A stretch of DNA of 64,000 nucleotides from Anaerolineales bacterium (GCA_019637805.1 JAHBVB010000002.1:916981-980980), one strand, 5' to 3'. Shown: positions 36,382 to 47,520, counted from the first letter of the stretch. The notes: generated by a model from the letters alone, not told the origin. Program-made: numbers and translations.

Positions 36382-37119
36382 TCAATATTCTACCGCAACC
36401 AGGGTCAGCCCCTGGGGCGGCGCCATGTGACGCGCTTTGGTGCGTCCGTCTTCCAGCAACCGAGCTACCTGCTCGGGATCTTCCTGGCCTTGGCCGATCT
36501 TCACTTGCAGGCCCACCATGCGGCGCACCATGCGGTACAAAAACCCGTCAGCGCTCACGCTGAAGACAAACTCATCTTCAGCCATTTTCTGCCAGGCCGC
36601 CGCCTGCACCTGCCTCACCGTGCTGCCGCCTGGTGTAGGCGCCGACCCGAATGAGCCGAAGTCATGCCGGCCGCGCAGCTGCCGGGCCGCCGCCGACAAG
36701 AGCCGCAGGCCCGGCGCCGGCCACACCCGCCAGGCGTAACGCTCCCTGAGCGGGTCGCGCTGCGGTTGGCAGTAGAGGCGGTAGTGGTAGCGCCGGCTGC
36801 GCGCCTGGTAGCGAGGATGGAAATCCTCCGTCACCTGGCTTAGCTGGGTGACCGCCACGTCTGCGGGCAGGCCGACATTCAGGGCTCGCTGCAGCGCCTC
36901 GGGCGCATGCCTCCAGGCCAGGTCAAATGCGGCCACTTGGCCGCTGGCATGCACGCCGGCGTCTGTGCGGCCGGCCACCAGCAGGCTGCGGCCCTGCCAG
37001 CCTAAGCTGCGCAGCACCGTCTCTACCTCCGCCTGCACACTGCGCCCAGTCTTCTGGCGCTGCATGCCGTAGAAGGCGCTGCCATCATATGCTAGAACGA
37101 CTTTGTAACGTGCGGCCAT
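36382..37119 (-). CDS. truA: tRNA pseudouridine(38-40) synthase
   Basis: [12 protein letters not shown] and the catalytic GRTDAGVHA motif. Confidence 0.93.
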   Translation of the reverse strand: MAARYKVVLAYDGSAFYGMQRQKTGRSVQAEVETVLRSLGWQGRSLLVAGRTDAGVHASGQVAAFDLAWRHAPEALQRALNVGLPADVAVTQLSQVTEDFHPRYQARSRRYHYRLYCQPQRDPLRERYAWRVWPAPGLRLLSAAARQLRGRHDFGSFGSAPTPGGSTVRQVQAAAWQKMAEDEFVFSVSADGFLYRMVRRMVGLQVKIGQGQEDPEQVARLLEDGRTKARHMAPPQGLTLVAVEY

Positions 37120-37188
37120 CTCGCTAGGCTCGATGGGTGCTCCAACCGGTTAGGCGCATGTGTTCGCCAAGCCGGGTTTCAAACAAAC

Positions 37189-37566
37189 TTATTCGACCAG
37201 TTCCAACAAGACCATCTCGGCGCGGTCGCCTTCACGCGGGCCCAGCTTGGTCATGCGCGTGTAGCCGCCGTTGCGTTCCGCAAAGCGCGGTGCGATCTCG
37301 TCAAACAGCTTCTTGACGATCACCGGGTCATTTAAGCGCGCGGCAGCCAAACGGCGCGAATGCACTTTGGCCGAAACTTCCTCGACCGCATTGCCGCGCT
37401 TAGCCAGGGTGATCAGCTTCTCGGCCTGGCCGCGGATGGCCTCCGCCTTGGCGCGCGTGGTGCGAATGCGCTCGTGCTCAAACAGCTGCTTCACCAGGAT
37501 ACGGCGCAGAGCCGTGCGAGCGCCGCTGTTGCGGCTGAGGCGCTTACCAGCAATTTTGTGACGCAT
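37189..37566 (-). CDS. rplQ: 50S ribosomal protein L17
   Basis: MRHKIAGKRLSRNSGARTALRR. Confidence 0.96.
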   Translation of the reverse strand: MRHKIAGKRLSRNSGARTALRRILVKQLFEHERIRTTRAKAEAIRGQAEKLITLAKRGNAVEEVSAKVHSRRLAAARLNDPVIVKKLFDEIAPRFAERNGGYTRMTKLGPREGDRAEMVLLELVE

Positions 37567-37569
37567 GTT

Positions 37570-38577
37570 TTACTCCGACTCCGCGGCGCCCTCAGTGGGT
37601 TCACCGTCTTGTTGCATATAGCCCTTTTCGCGCATCTTGTCGACAAGCTCGTCCATGCTCTTGTCGCCAAAATTGCGAATGGACATGACCGCATCCTGGC
37701 CCTTGTCCAACAGCTCCATCACCTCACCCACCGTCGTGATGCCGGCCCGCTTCAGGGAGTTGAAGACGCGTACAGACAAGTCCAGGTTTTCGATCGGCGT
37801 GTCGTACACTTCGCTGGAGAGGCGGCTGTCGCCCAATTCTTCTTTGGGCGCCGGGCTCAGCGTGATCTCGGTCACGCCGGCAATGTGGCGCAGGTGTTCG
37901 ATCAGGATGCCGGCCGCGGTGCTCATCGATTCCTCGGGGCGCACCGTACCGTCGGTCCAAATCTCCATCACCAGGTTGTCGTAGTTGGTATCCTGGCCCA
38001 CACGGGCGTAGTCCACTTCCCAGTTCACCCGGCGTACCGGGGTGTAGATCGCATCCACTGGCAGCTCGCCGATCGGCAGCTTGCCGCTGCGGTCGTTGGC
38101 CGGCGAATAACCGCGCCCGCGCTCTACTGTCAACTCCAGCTCCAGCTTGGTCTTGCCGCTGTCAGAGGTGAACAGATACAGCTCCGGATTGACGATCTCG
38201 ATCTCAGCCGGAGCAATAATGTCAGCCGCCGTGATCACCCCTTCGCCACGCACTTCCAGGTGCATGCGGGAGGTGGAGCCTTCGTGCATTTTCAGGCGCA
38301 GCTGCTTCAGCTGCAGCATGATCTGGATCACATCTTCGCGGATGCCTGGCACCTGGCTGTACTCATGCTGAACGTCAGTCATGCGCATGGAGGTAACAGC
38401 CACCCCTTCCAGAGACGAGAGCAGCACCCGGCGCAACGCATTGCCCAGGGTGCCGCCGTAGCCGCGCTCCAGCGGGCTGATCGAATATTTTCCATAATTG
38501 CGGGCTTCCGCGATCTTCTTGATCCGCGGGGTCACCATATTACTTAAGACAATCACAGCATCGTCCTTCTTCCCCAA
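37570..38577 (-). CDS. rpoA: DNA-directed RNA polymerase subunit alpha
   Basis: PLERGYGGTLGNALRRVLLSSLEG and the C-terminal domain LDLSVRVFNSLKRAGITTVGEV. The true start is uncertain. It could be the TTG at 38577, a GTG 7 codons in with a better SD spacing, or the ATG at 38538. Confidence 0.95.
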   Translation of the reverse strand: MGKKDDAVIVLSNMVTPRIKKIAEARNYGKYSISPLERGYGGTLGNALRRVLLSSLEGVAVTSMRMTDVQHEYSQVPGIREDVIQIMLQLKQLRLKMHEGSTSRMHLEVRGEGVITAADIIAPAEIEIVNPELYLFTSDSGKTKLELELTVERGRGYSPANDRSGKLPIGELPVDAIYTPVRRVNWEVDYARVGQDTNYDNLVMEIWTDGTVRPEESMSTAAGILIEHLRHIAGVTEITLSPAPKEELGDSRLSSEVYDTPIENLDLSVRVFNSLKRAGITTVGEVMELLDKGQDAVMSIRNFGDKSMDELVDKMREKGYMQQDGEPTEGAAESE

Positions 38578-38622
38578 ACACAGGTCTTGCCCTGCGCGGG
38601 AACCTTGAATTGCCGCCGCAGC

Positions 38623-39072
38623 TTACATGCGGCGGCGTTTGGGTGGGCGGCAGCCGTTGTGCGGAACCGGCGTCACATCAGAGATGGAACGCACCTTCAA
38701 GCCCATGCTTTGCACAGCGCGCACAGCGGACTCACGGCCAGGACCAGGGCCTTTCACATACAACTCAATTTCCTGCATGCCCATATCCTGGGCAGCCTTG
38801 ACTGCACGCTCCGTAGCCAGGCGTGAGGCGAACGGGGTGCTCTTGCGAGAACCCTTGAAGCCCACCAGACCTGCGCTGGCCCAGGAGATCGTGTTCCCCT
38901 GGTCATCCGTCACCGTCACAATCGTATTATTGAAAGTGGCGAAAATATGGATCTGCCCAGTCGTAACCCGGCGGGCGCCTTTCTTGGAGCCGCGCGTGGA
39001 ACGAGAAGGCTTGGCCTTCTCTTCAGAAGGGGCAGCTTCTGCGCTAACGTTCTTTTCTTTATCTTCAGCCAT
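38623..39072 (-). CDS. rpsK: 30S ribosomal protein S11
   Basis: [18 protein letters not shown] and the C-terminal [12 protein letters not shown]. It carries an acidic/Lys-rich N-terminal extension. Confidence 0.96.
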   Translation of the reverse strand: MAEDKEKNVSAEAAPSEEKAKPSRSTRGSKKGARRVTTGQIHIFATFNNTIVTVTDDQGNTISWASAGLVGFKGSRKSTPFASRLATERAVKAAQDMGMQEIELYVKGPGPGRESAVRAVQSMGLKVRSISDVTPVPHNGCRPPKRRRM

Positions 39073-39084
39073 TCGTTACTCCAA

Positions 39085-39474
39085 TTACTTCTTGGTAGCG
39101 CCGCGGCGACGGCCGCGACCGGCCACAGTCTTGGCCGGACCCTTGCGGGTGCGCGAATTAGTGCGGGTGCGCTGGCCGCGCACCGGCAGCCCGCGGCGGT
39201 GACGCAAACCACGATAGCTGCCAATTTCCATCAGACGCTTGATGTTCAGCTGGATCTCACGGCGCAGGTCACCCTCCACCTTGAAGTTCTGGCTGATGTA
39301 CTCGCGCAGTTTACCGGCTTCTTCGTCGGTCAGGTCTTTGACGCGCGTGTCCGGGTTCACCCCAGTCTCGCTCAAAATACGCTGAGAGGTCTTCAGGCCA
39401 ACGCCATAAATGTAGGTCAGGCCATATTCAATGCGTTTGTCGCGTGGCAAATCCACGCCTTCGATACGTGCCAT
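39085..39474 (-). CDS. rpsM: 30S ribosomal protein S13
   Basis: [26 protein letters not shown]. Confidence 0.96.
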   Translation of the reverse strand: MARIEGVDLPRDKRIEYGLTYIYGVGLKTSQRILSETGVNPDTRVKDLTDEEAGKLREYISQNFKVEGDLRREIQLNIKRLMEIGSYRGLRHRRGLPVRGQRTRTNSRTRKGPAKTVAGRGRRRGATKK

Positions 39475-39486
39475 CTATCCCAGCTC

Positions 39487-39600
39487 CTAACCCTGGCGCT
39501 GCTTGTGCCGCGGCGTGCTGCAAATCACGTACAGCTTGCCCTTGCGCTTCACGACCTTACAGCGTGCGCAGCGTTTCTTGATCGATGCAGTTACTTTCAT
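39487..39600 (-). CDS. rpmJ: 50S ribosomal protein L36 (zinc-ribbon form)
   Basis: Absent from the ORF track because it is too short. My translation is [37 protein letters not shown], 37 aa with a CxxC..C..H pattern. Confidence 0.93.
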   Translation of the reverse strand: MKVTASIKKRCARCKVVKRKGKLYVICSTPRHKQRQG

Positions 39601-39680
39601 CATTTACTCCAAACCGCCACCATTTCCGGCGGCAAACGACCTATTTTATCTTTCTTTCCAAATTCCGTCCAGACCACAGC

Positions 39681-40451
39681 TTACTGGGTCAGGATCAAAG
39701 GGTCACCCTCGGTGACCGCCACAGTATGTTCAAAGTGCGCCGTCAGCGAGCCGTCTGCAGAAACCACGGTCCACTTATCCGCCAGCACCCGTGTGCGGTG
39801 CGTGCCCACCAGAACCATCGGCTCCAGGGCGATCGTCAAACCCGGGCGCAGTTCCAAACCTTGGCCCGCTGTGCCGTAATTCGGCACCTGCGGTCCCTCG
39901 TGCATGTTGCGCCCCACCCCGTGGCCGGAGTATTCGCGCGGCACGTGGTAACCGTGGCTCTCTACCCACTCCTGCACCGCGGCAGACACATCGCCCAGCC
40001 GGTTGCCCGGGCGCAGCTTCTCAATACCCAGGCGCAGCGCCTCACGGGTCACATCAATCAGCTTCTGAGCCTCGGCGCTGATCTCGCCGACGCCGGCGGT
40101 AAACGCTGAGTCACCCACGAAACCCTGCCAGACCGTGCCGCAGTCCACCGAAAAAATGTCGCCCTCGCGCAGCTCGATCTTGCGGGTGGGCAAACCATGC
40201 ACCATCTCTTCATTGATGCAGGCGTTGATCGTGCTGGGGTACGGATACGGCCCCGGGTAATTGAGGAAAGCCGGCGTGGCCCCGTGGTCACGAATGACCT
40301 GCTCGGCCAGCTGGTCCAGCTTATCGGTGGTCACCCCGGGACGAATGTGCTTGCGCACTTCCTCCAGAGCCAAAAAGTTAATGTGCCCGGCCTGCTGCAT
40401 GATCTCGATCTCAGCAGGGCTTTTCAGGACGATGTTGCGTTCCCAACTCAT
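39681..40451 (-). CDS. map: Type I methionine aminopeptidase
   Basis: Metal ligand contexts FSVDCG, GHGVGRNMHE and AHFEHTV. Confidence 0.94.
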   Translation of the reverse strand: MSWERNIVLKSPAEIEIMQQAGHINFLALEEVRKHIRPGVTTDKLDQLAEQVIRDHGATPAFLNYPGPYPYPSTINACINEEMVHGLPTRKIELREGDIFSVDCGTVWQGFVGDSAFTAGVGEISAEAQKLIDVTREALRLGIEKLRPGNRLGDVSAAVQEWVESHGYHVPREYSGHGVGRNMHEGPQVPNYGTAGQGLELRPGLTIALEPMVLVGTHRTRVLADKWTVVSADGSLTAHFEHTVAVTEGDPLILTQ

Positions 40452-41140
40452 GACGAGCTGCCCACCCCTAGCGCCGCCAACAGGTCCCCGGTTACCACAT
40501 CGATCGGTTGGTCGCCGTTAATGCTCACCAGAACGCCCTTGTTGCGGTAATACTCCACCAAAGGCGCGGTCTGCTCATGGTAGACCCGAATGCGCCGTTC
40601 GACAGTCTCACGCTTGTCGTCGTCGCGCTGGTACAGTTCAGAGCCGTCTACATCGCAGACCCCCGCCTGCTTCGGCGGGTTGAACTGCTCATGGTAGACA
40701 TGCCCGCCCGCCCGGCAGACCCAGCGCCCGCTAAGGCGTTCCACCAGCACCGCCTCATCCAGTTGGATCAGGGGCACGGTCTTTACCGCCGTGCCGATCT
40801 CTTCCAGGGTCTTGCCCAGGGCTTCTGCCTGGGCCGGCGTACGCGGGAAGCCATCCAGCAAGGCGCCGCGTGCGCAGTCAGGCTGGGCTAGGCGCTCACG
40901 CACCATGGCGATGGTTACATCATCGGGGACCAGATCGCCCCGATCCATGAACTGCTTGGCCAGCACCCCAAGCTCGGTTTGGTTTTTAATGTTCTCTCGA
41001 AACAAATCTCCGGAAGAAATGTGGGCCAGGCCCAACTGTTTGGAGATAATTTCGGCCTGGGTTCCCTTACCGGCTCCAGGCGGACCGAGTAAAACAAAAA
41101 TTGTAGGCACGTCGCTCCCAGCACTTGCTTTATCGGACAA
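40448..41140 (-). CDS. adk: Adenylate kinase
   Basis: The LLGPPGAGKGTQ P-loop and a long LID (CRAGGHVYHEQFNPP..CDVDG). It has a 14-aa N-terminal extension relative to typical Adk, so the true start may be internal. Confidence 0.92.
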   Translation of the reverse strand: MSDKASAGSDVPTIFVLLGPPGAGKGTQAEIISKQLGLAHISSGDLFRENIKNQTELGVLAKQFMDRGDLVPDDVTIAMVRERLAQPDCARGALLDGFPRTPAQAEALGKTLEEIGTAVKTVPLIQLDEAVLVERLSGRWVCRAGGHVYHEQFNPPKQAGVCDVDGSELYQRDDDKRETVERRIRVYHEQTAPLVEYYRNKGVLVSINGDQPIDVVTGDLLAALGVGSSS

Positions 41141-42488
41141 GCAGGGACTCCTCGTAACCGTGCAGCTTCAACTCCGCATCAATGTTGAAGAATGTCTCGC
41201 GCACGGTGCCAACCACGATCAGCAAACCAGAGGAGCTCACCAGGAACAGGGTCGCCTGGCTGCTGTTGGCGGCCAACAGCGGGAAAGCGATGCTGGCCAA
41301 GTAAGGCAGCACCGCGATCGTGCCCAGGAACAGCGCCCCGGGCAGCGTGATGCGCCGCAACACCGTGGTCAGATATTTCTGGGTAGGTGCGCCGCGGCTC
41401 ACGCCCGGGATCTGGGCCCCCACCCGCTTCAGGTTCTCACCGTAGTTCTGCTGGGCAAAAAGCACATCCGTATAGAAGAAGGAAAATGCCACCACCATCA
41501 GGAAGTACAGCAGCCAGTACCAGCCGCCCTGCGGATTGAAGAAGCTCTGAATGCCGACCGACAGGTTGGCCACCCAGGCCGTATCAGAATTGGCAAAGAA
41601 GGTGGCGGCGATGGAGGGCATTTGCAACAAAGCTTGCGCAAAGATCAGTGGAATCATGCCGGCCATGTTGACCATCAGCGGCAGCGTGCCCTTGACTGGC
41701 ATCGACATGCGATTGCCCATACGGCGTCCCGGGTACATCACCGGTACATTGCGGCGGCCCTGCTGCACATACACGATCACGAAGATCGTCACGATCATAA
41801 TGAAGACGATGATCAGCAGAGAGAGCCAGCCCACCGGCGAGCCGGTGATCAGTTGCAGGAAGTTGCTGGGGATTCTGGAGATGATGCCCGCAAAAATGAT
41901 CAGCGAAAGGCCCTGGTTGCGGATGCCGTACTCAGAGATCAGCTCACCCAGCCAGATGGCAAACATCGTGCCCGCCACCATGCTGAAGATGATCGCAAGC
42001 GATCCGATTGGATTGCCATTCGGGCCAAAGAAGCCGAAGTTCTGAATGACCTGCCCGCCGGCCAGGGTGGAGAAAATGTTGATCTGGCCGATGGCGGTTA
42101 ACGCCGCCATGGGCACCGCCAACAGATAGGTCCACTTCTCCATCCACTTGCGGCCCTCACGCGGGTCTTCCTCCATGCGGCGTTGCAGGGACGGAATGAT
42201 CGGCACCAACAGCTGCAAGATGATCTGCGCCGTAATGTAGGGATAGACACCCATCGCCAGCACAGAGAAGTTCAGCAGCGTACCGCCGGAGATCAAGTCG
42301 ATCAGACCCACCAGCGTGGCGGCGGAGCCGCCCTGGTCCATTAGGCTGGCGATCAGGTCACGGTTCACCCCAGGAATCGGCACGTGAGCCGCCAGGCGAT
42401 ACAAGATCAGAATGGCAAATGTGAACAGCAGCTTCCGGCGAATATCCGGAGCGGTCCACAAATAGCGCCATGCTCCACCTCGTCTCAT
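41130..42488 (-). CDS. secY: Preprotein translocase subunit SecY
   Basis: Ten-TM protein with LAMGVYPYITAQIILQLL and LISEYGIRNQGLSLIIFAGI. Confidence 0.95.
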   Translation of the reverse strand: MRRGGAWRYLWTAPDIRRKLLFTFAILILYRLAAHVPIPGVNRDLIASLMDQGGSAATLVGLIDLISGGTLLNFSVLAMGVYPYITAQIILQLLVPIIPSLQRRMEEDPREGRKWMEKWTYLLAVPMAALTAIGQINIFSTLAGGQVIQNFGFFGPNGNPIGSLAIIFSMVAGTMFAIWLGELISEYGIRNQGLSLIIFAGIISRIPSNFLQLITGSPVGWLSLLIIVFIMIVTIFVIVYVQQGRRNVPVMYPGRRMGNRMSMPVKGTLPLMVNMAGMIPLIFAQALLQMPSIAATFFANSDTAWVANLSVGIQSFFNPQGGWYWLLYFLMVVAFSFFYTDVLFAQQNYGENLKRVGAQIPGVSRGAPTQKYLTTVLRRITLPGALFLGTIAVLPYLASIAFPLLAANSSQATLFLVSSSGLLIVVGTVRETFFNIDAELKLHGYEESLLVR

Positions 42489-42513
42489 GCAATCTCCTTA
42501 GTCCAGACTGAGC

Positions 42514-42978
42514 TCAGTCTGGCTTAGCTTCTTCGTTGATGATCTCGACGCTGCCGCCGGCTTTTTCCACCTTGGCGATGGCAGCTTGGCTGGCGCGGTG
42601 CACGCTGATCTTCACGGCTTTCTTCAACTCGCCGCGCGCCAACAGGACAATCGGGTCCTTGGGGCTGCGCAGCAAGCCGGCCTTTTGCAGGCTCTCCGGG
42701 TTCACGGCAGCACCTGCCTTAAAGGCATCCAACTGGTCCAGATTGACCTCGTTGTAATGCGTGCGGAAAGGCGAATTGAAGCCCCGCTTGAAAGGCAAGC
42801 GGCGGAAAAAGGGCAGGTTGCCGCCCTGATGGTGCAGGCCGGCGCCGCCGCCGGCGCGTGCGCCTTGGCCCTTGGTACCACGGCCGGCGGTTTTGCCCCG
42901 GCGGCCGGCGGTACCACGGCCAACCCGACGGCTGACAGTGGTTTTACCCTTGTTGGGTTTAAGATCATGCAATTTCAT
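42514..42978 (-). CDS. rplO: 50S ribosomal protein L15
   Basis: MKLHDLKPNKG..GRGTAGRRGKTAGRGTKGQ. I moved the start to the ATG at 42978. Confidence 0.95.
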   Translation of the reverse strand: MKLHDLKPNKGKTTVSRRVGRGTAGRRGKTAGRGTKGQGARAGGGAGLHHQGGNLPFFRRLPFKRGFNSPFRTHYNEVNLDQLDAFKAGAAVNPESLQKAGLLRSPKDPIVLLARGELKKAVKISVHRASQAAIAKVEKAGGSVEIINEEAKPD

Positions 42979-42983
42979 GCGAA

Positions 42984-43184
42984 TCAAGCCTCTTCTATCT
43001 TGACCAGGTGGATGATCTTCTTGATCATGCCACGCACAGTGGGCGAATCCTGACAAACCACACTGTGGTTCATACGGCGCAGACCCAGCGCGCGCACAGT
43101 CGCCTTCTGGCTCTTCTCGTAGCCAATCGGGCTGCGCACCAGCGTCAACTTGATCTGCTTGTTAGAACCCTTCTTAGCTGCCAT
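42984..43184 (-). CDS. rpmD: 50S ribosomal protein L30
   Basis: IKLTLVRSPIGYEKSQKATVRALGLRR. Confidence 0.93.
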   Translation of the reverse strand: MAAKKGSNKQIKLTLVRSPIGYEKSQKATVRALGLRRMNHSVVCQDSPTVRGMIKKIIHLVKIEEA

Positions 43185-43734
43185 TCTTCTTGCCTCGGTC
43201 CCAGAAAGGTTTCACATCACTGATGTCCTTGCCGCGCATGGCGGCCAGTTCATCCACAGACTTCAGCTGCTTCAAAGCTTCCACAGTCGCCATCACCACA
43301 TTGTGGATGTTGGGGCTGCCCATCGACTTGGTCAGGATGTCCTGCAAGCCCACTGCCTGCATCACCGCGCGCACACCGCCGCCGGCGATCACGCCGGTGC
43401 CGGGGGAGGCGGGCTTAAGCAGCACTTCAGAGCCGCCCACCCGTCCGATCACTTCATGCGGGATGGTGCCGTAATACAGGTTCATGCGCTGCAGCCGGCG
43501 GCGCGCCTGCGTGGTCGCTTTGCGGATGGCGTCAGGCACGGTGTTGGCTTTGCCCACACCTGCGCCTACCTGGCCGCCGCGGTCACCCACGATCACGGTC
43601 ACACGGAAAGAAAAGCGCCGGCCGCCCTTGACCACTTTGGCCACCCGGCGAATTTCGACAGTCTTCTCTTCAAACTCGCGCTCGAACTCGGCAACCGGCG
43701 ACTGCTTTTCGGTTCGTTTACCTTCGTTTGCCAT
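43174..43734 (-). CDS. rpsE: 30S ribosomal protein S5
   Basis: VAKVVKGGRRFSFRVTVIVGD and GTGVIAGGGVRAV. Confidence 0.96.
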   Translation of the reverse strand: MANEGKRTEKQSPVAEFEREFEEKTVEIRRVAKVVKGGRRFSFRVTVIVGDRGGQVGAGVGKANTVPDAIRKATTQARRRLQRMNLYYGTIPHEVIGRVGGSEVLLKPASPGTGVIAGGGVRAVMQAVGLQDILTKSMGSPNIHNVVMATVEALKQLKSVDELAAMRGKDISDVKPFWDRGKKNGS

Positions 43735-43742
43735 AGAAACTC

Positions 43743-44108
43743 CTAAAATTCCAATCCTTCGCTACGGGCGCCATCGGCCAATGCCTTGACGCGCCCTGCG
43801 TAGCGAAAGCCGCCGCGGTCCAGCACCACCTGCTTCACACCCTTGGCCGTAGCGCGCTTAGCGACGGCTTCACCCACCACGCGGGCCTGCTCCGTCTTGT
43901 TCTTGCCCTTCATCTGGGCGCGCAGCTCCGTGTCGATGCTGGAGGCCGAAGCCAGCGTGTGCCCGGCGCCGTCATCGATCACCTGGGCGTAGATGCTGTC
44001 CAGGCTGCGGTAAACGTTGAGCCGTGGGCGAGCCTCGCTGCCGTTGACCTTGCCGCGCACGCGTTTGTGGCGGCGCAGTCTTGCGATATTGCGTGTCTTC
44101 TTTGCCAT
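43743..44108 (-). CDS. rplR: 50S ribosomal protein L18
   Basis: [23 protein letters not shown] and [26 protein letters not shown] moved the start to 44108. Confidence 0.95.
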   Translation of the reverse strand: MAKKTRNIARLRRHKRVRGKVNGSEARPRLNVYRSLDSIYAQVIDDGAGHTLASASSIDTELRAQMKGKNKTEQARVVGEAVAKRATAKGVKQVVLDRGGFRYAGRVKALADGARSEGLEF

Positions 44109-44115
44109 AATGCCC

Positions 44116-44661
44116 TTAACCTGCCGACTTGCCGGCCTTGCCCGCCTTCTGGCGGACATGCTCTCCGGCGTAGCGAATGCCTTTGCCCTTGAACGGCTCA
44201 GGCGGACGTACCTTGCGAATGCGGGCTGCGGTTTCGCCGACCAATTCCTTGTCGTAACCGCTCACCATAATGTCGCCCTTTTCCACAATGGAAAATGTGA
44301 TGCCGTCTTCCGGCTCCACTTCCTTGGGATTGGAATAACCTACATGCAGCACCAGGGTCTTGCCCTTGACCTCTGCACGATAACCAACGCCATGCACTTC
44401 CAAGACCTTGGAGAACCCAGCGCTGGTACCCTGCACCATGTTGTTCACCACGGAGCGTGCGGTGCCGTGCAAGGAGCGCTCAAACTTTTCGTCTGAATTG
44501 CGCTGCACTTCCAGGGTGCTTCCTTCACGCTTGAAGGTGATGGCGGGCGGAAAGGTGTGCGAAAGCTCACCCTTCGGCCCTTTTACTCGAATAGAAGAGC
44601 CGGTGATCTCCACATCCACACCGGATGGGATCTCGATCGGCATTCGTCCAACTCTAGACAC
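44116..44661 (-). CDS. rplF: 50S ribosomal protein L6
   Basis: [19 protein letters not shown] and GVGYRAEV. Confidence 0.95.
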   Translation of the reverse strand: MSRVGRMPIEIPSGVDVEITGSSIRVKGPKGELSHTFPPAITFKREGSTLEVQRNSDEKFERSLHGTARSVVNNMVQGTSAGFSKVLEVHGVGYRAEVKGKTLVLHVGYSNPKEVEPEDGITFSIVEKGDIMVSGYDKELVGETAARIRKVRPPEPFKGKGIRYAGEHVRQKAGKAGKSAG

Positions 44662-44694
44662 GCTAGACCTCCAAAGACCGGCAGCTACAGCCGG

Positions 44695-45108
44695 CTACCA
44701 AACCTTGCACAGAATTTCGCCGCCCAGGCCCATTTGGCGCGCCTTGCGACCGCTCATCACACCCTTGGGCGTGGACAAAATAGCAACACCCAAGCCAGAC
44801 AACACCCAGGGGATCTCACTGCGCTTGGCATAAATGCGGCGCCCCGGCGTGCTCACCCGCTCCAGCCCGGAAATCACCGAGCGGCGCGTGCGGCGGTCGC
44901 CGATGTACTTGAGGCCGATGCGCAGCACCTTGAAGCCGCTGAAGTCGTCCGTGACCACTTCGTAGGATTCGATGAAGCCCTCTTCCTTCAAGATCTCGGC
45001 AATGGCCGCCTTCAGCTTCGAGCTGGGCATTGCCACCAGAGTGTGGCCCACCATCACCGCATTGCGCAGACGGGTGAGCATATCGCCAATAGGATCGTTT
45101 ACAGCCAT
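44695..45108 (-). CDS. rpsH: 30S ribosomal protein S8
   Basis: [13 protein letters not shown] and the C-terminal GGEILCKVW. Confidence 0.96.
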   Translation of the reverse strand: MAVNDPIGDMLTRLRNAVMVGHTLVAMPSSKLKAAIAEILKEEGFIESYEVVTDDFSGFKVLRIGLKYIGDRRTRRSVISGLERVSTPGRRIYAKRSEIPWVLSGLGVAILSTPKGVMSGRKARQMGLGGEILCKVW

Positions 45109-45124
45109 GATCGCTCCTCCTCGC

Positions 45125-45307
45125 CTACCACGACGACTTTACAACGCCGGGGATTTTGCCTTCCAGCGCAAACTGACGGAAACAAATGCGGCACAGGCCA
45201 AAACGGCGCATGTAACCTCGCGGCCGGCCGCAGATCTTGCAACGGTTGCGCACCTGCACGGCATACTTGCGCCGGCTTTCGCGCGTAACGATCGACTTTT
45301 TCGCCAT
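45125..45307 (-). CDS. rpsZ: 30S ribosomal protein S14, type Z (zinc-binding, 60 aa)
   Basis: [25 protein letters not shown], with CxxC..CxxC. Confidence 0.95.
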   Translation of the reverse strand: MAKKSIVTRESRRKYAVQVRNRCKICGRPRGYMRRFGLCRICFRQFALEGKIPGVVKSSW

Positions 45308-45309
45308 GC

Positions 45310-45858
45310 TTAACCTTCCCTCTTGAAGGGCATACCCAGCATTTGCAGCAAAGCACGTCCTTCGTCATCATTGTGCGCAGAGGTCACAATGGTCACTTCC
45401 AGGCCGCGCACCTGCTCAATGCTGTCGTACTGGATCTCAGGAAAGACCAGCTGCTCAGACAGGCCCAGGGTGTAGTTGCCGCGACCATCAAAAGCATCCG
45501 GAGAGATGCCGCGAAAGTCACGCACCCGCGGCAAAGCCAGGTTGACCAAGCGGTCAAAGAATTCCCACATGCGCTGGCCGCGCAGCGTAACCTTCACGCC
45601 AATCGCAACACCTTCGCGCAGCTTGAAGTTCGCAATGCTCTTGCGCGCCTTGGTGACCACCGGCTTTTGGCCGGTAATGATCGTCAGGTCTTCCACGGCC
45701 CCATCCAACGCCTTGGCGTCGCCCTGGGCCTGGCCCAGGCCCACATTCAGCACGATCTTCTGCAGCTTGGGCACTTCCATCACATTTTGCTTGGACAGCG
45801 CCTTCTGCAGATCCGGCAGAATTTCCTTGTTGTAGCGTTCTTTCAAATAATGTGCCAT
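45310..45858 (-). CDS. rplE: 50S ribosomal protein L5
   Basis: [13 protein letters not shown] and the conserved spc-operon position. Confidence 0.95.
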   Translation of the reverse strand: MAHYLKERYNKEILPDLQKALSKQNVMEVPKLQKIVLNVGLGQAQGDAKALDGAVEDLTIITGQKPVVTKARKSIANFKLREGVAIGVKVTLRGQRMWEFFDRLVNLALPRVRDFRGISPDAFDGRGNYTLGLSEQLVFPEIQYDSIEQVRGLEVTIVTSAHNDDEGRALLQMLGMPFKREG

Positions 45859-45879
45859 TCAATTACTCCAGCGCAAGCG

Positions 45880-46209
45880 CTAGTCAATCTGCTTTCCGCA
45901 ATTTTTGCAGACGCGGTGCAGGCCCTTTTCGTCACGCAAGAAGCCCACCCGTGCAGGCTTGCTGCACTTGGGGCATACCAGCATCACGTTGGAAACGTGC
46001 ATCGGGCCTTCAAACTCAACGATGCCGGGATTCAACTGGCGTCCCTGGGTCTGCACGGCGCGCTGGTGCTTCTTGCGCATATTGATCTTCTGCACCACCA
46101 CACGTTCTTTGCTGGGCAGCACCTTGATCACTTCGCCGCGTTTGCCTTTGTCAATTTCTTTGCCGGTGATCACTTCTACAGTGTCACCTTTGCGAATTTT
46201 CTGCTTCAC
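45880..46209 (-). CDS. rplX: 50S ribosomal protein L24 (with C-terminal CxxC..CxxC ribbon)
   Basis: IRKGDTVEVITGKEIDKGKRGEV (KOW motif) and CPKCSKP..CKNCGK. Confidence 0.94.
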   Translation of the reverse strand: MKQKIRKGDTVEVITGKEIDKGKRGEVIKVLPSKERVVVQKINMRKKHQRAVQTQGRQLNPGIVEFEGPMHVSNVMLVCPKCSKPARVGFLRDEKGLHRVCKNCGKQID

Positions 46210-46230
46210 GTTCTACTCTCCTGCCAGCGC

Positions 46231-46602
46231 CTAAAGCACTTCGGGCGCCAGGGACACAATGCGCATGAACCCTCTGTCACGCAGCTCACGAGCCACGGGG
46301 CCAAAGATGCGCGTGCCGCGCGGGTTGGTGGTGTTGCCATCCAAAATTACGGCGGCATTGTCGTCAAAACGAATGTACGAACCGTCTTCACGGCGCCATT
46401 CCTTGGCAGTGCGCACAACTACGGCGCGCACCACATCGCTCTTCTTCACCGAGCCCTGAGGAATGGCACTCTTGACGGTGGCGGTGACAATGTCACCAAT
46501 GAAACCATAGCGGCGGCCAGTGCCACCCTGCACCTGGATCACCAAGATCTCCTTGGCGCCGGTGTTATCGGCCACTTTGAGGCGTGATTCGCGCTGAATC
46601 AT
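46231..46602 (-). CDS. rplN: 50S ribosomal protein L14
   Basis: [19 protein letters not shown] moved the start to 46602. Confidence 0.96.
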   Translation of the reverse strand: MIQRESRLKVADNTGAKEILVIQVQGGTGRRYGFIGDIVTATVKSAIPQGSVKKSDVVRAVVVRTAKEWRREDGSYIRFDDNAAVILDGNTTNPRGTRIFGPVARELRDRGFMRIVSLAPEVL

Positions 46603-46603
46603 G

Positions 46604-46864
46604 CTAAACCACCTCTTCCTGTTCTTTGTGCGACAAGATCTCGGCCACAACCCAGCGCTTGGTCTTGGAGAAGGGACGGCTCTCGATCAGGCGTACCCGG
46701 TCTCCCACTTTGGCGCCCAGCTCGTCATGAGCCTTCAGCTTGTGCTGCGCTTCCACGACTTTGCCGTACAGCGGGTGGCGATGGGTCTGGCTGGTGCGCA
46801 CCACCACGGTCTTTTGCATCTTGTTCGAGGTCACCACACCTTCGACTTGGCGGCGTTCACTCAT
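46604..46864 (-). CDS. rpsQ: 30S ribosomal protein S17
   Basis: [25 protein letters not shown]. Confidence 0.94.
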   Translation of the reverse strand: MSERRQVEGVVTSNKMQKTVVVRTSQTHRHPLYGKVVEAQHKLKAHDELGAKVGDRVRLIESRPFSKTKRWVVAEILSHKEQEEVV

Positions 46865-47070
46865 GCTTCACCTTCCGGTTTCTCAGCTTGCTTCTGGCGC
46901 AGGATTGTCAGCAAGCGGGCGATTTCCCTGCGCGTCTGGCGGGGCAGGTTTTGGTCCTTCAGCTCGCCCGTGGCGATCTGAAAACGCATGCGCATCAATC
47001 TCTCGCGGGCGTCGTCCAACTGCTCCTGAATTCTCTCAGCGGTAAGACCGCGTATCTCTTCAGCTTTCAT
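46861..47070 (-). CDS. rpmC: 50S ribosomal protein L29
   Basis: MKAEEIRGLTAERIQEQLDDARERLMRMRFQ. Confidence 0.93.
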   Translation of the reverse strand: MKAEEIRGLTAERIQEQLDDARERLMRMRFQIATGELKDQNLPRQTRREIARLLTILRQKQAEKPEGEA

Positions 47071-47072
47071 GG

Positions 47073-47495
47073 CTACTCACTCAAATATTCCGTGCGGCGG
47101 ATGATCTTGGTGCGCATGGAAAGCTTGTGCCGGGCCAGGGTCAGCGCGGTCAAAGCCACATCCTCCGGCATACCCGCCACTTCAAACATCACGCGGCCAG
47201 GCTTGATCACTGCAGCGTGAAACTCCACACTGCCCTTGCCCTTACCCATGCGAGTTTCGGCGGCGCGCTTGGTGATCGGCTTGTCCGGGAACACCCGGAT
47301 CCACACCTTACCGCGGCGGCGCGCCTCACGCACGATCGCTCGGCGGGCCGCTTCGATCTGGCGAGCCGTGATCAGCCCAGGCTCCAAGGCCTGCAGGCCA
47401 TAGTCACCAAACTGCACTTCGGCGCCGCGCAGCGCTTTGCCGCGCATGCGGCCGCGGTGCATCTTGGGAAACTTGAAATTCTTCGGCATCAACAT
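47073..47495 (-). CDS. rplP: 50S ribosomal protein L16
   Basis: [19 protein letters not shown] and RMGKGKG. Confidence 0.96.
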   Translation of the reverse strand: MLMPKNFKFPKMHRGRMRGKALRGAEVQFGDYGLQALEPGLITARQIEAARRAIVREARRRGKVWIRVFPDKPITKRAAETRMGKGKGSVEFHAAVIKPGRVMFEVAGMPEDVALTALTLARHKLSMRTKIIRRTEYLSE

Positions 47496-47520
47496 AATTA
47501 CAATCCTTTAGCCGCCAGCG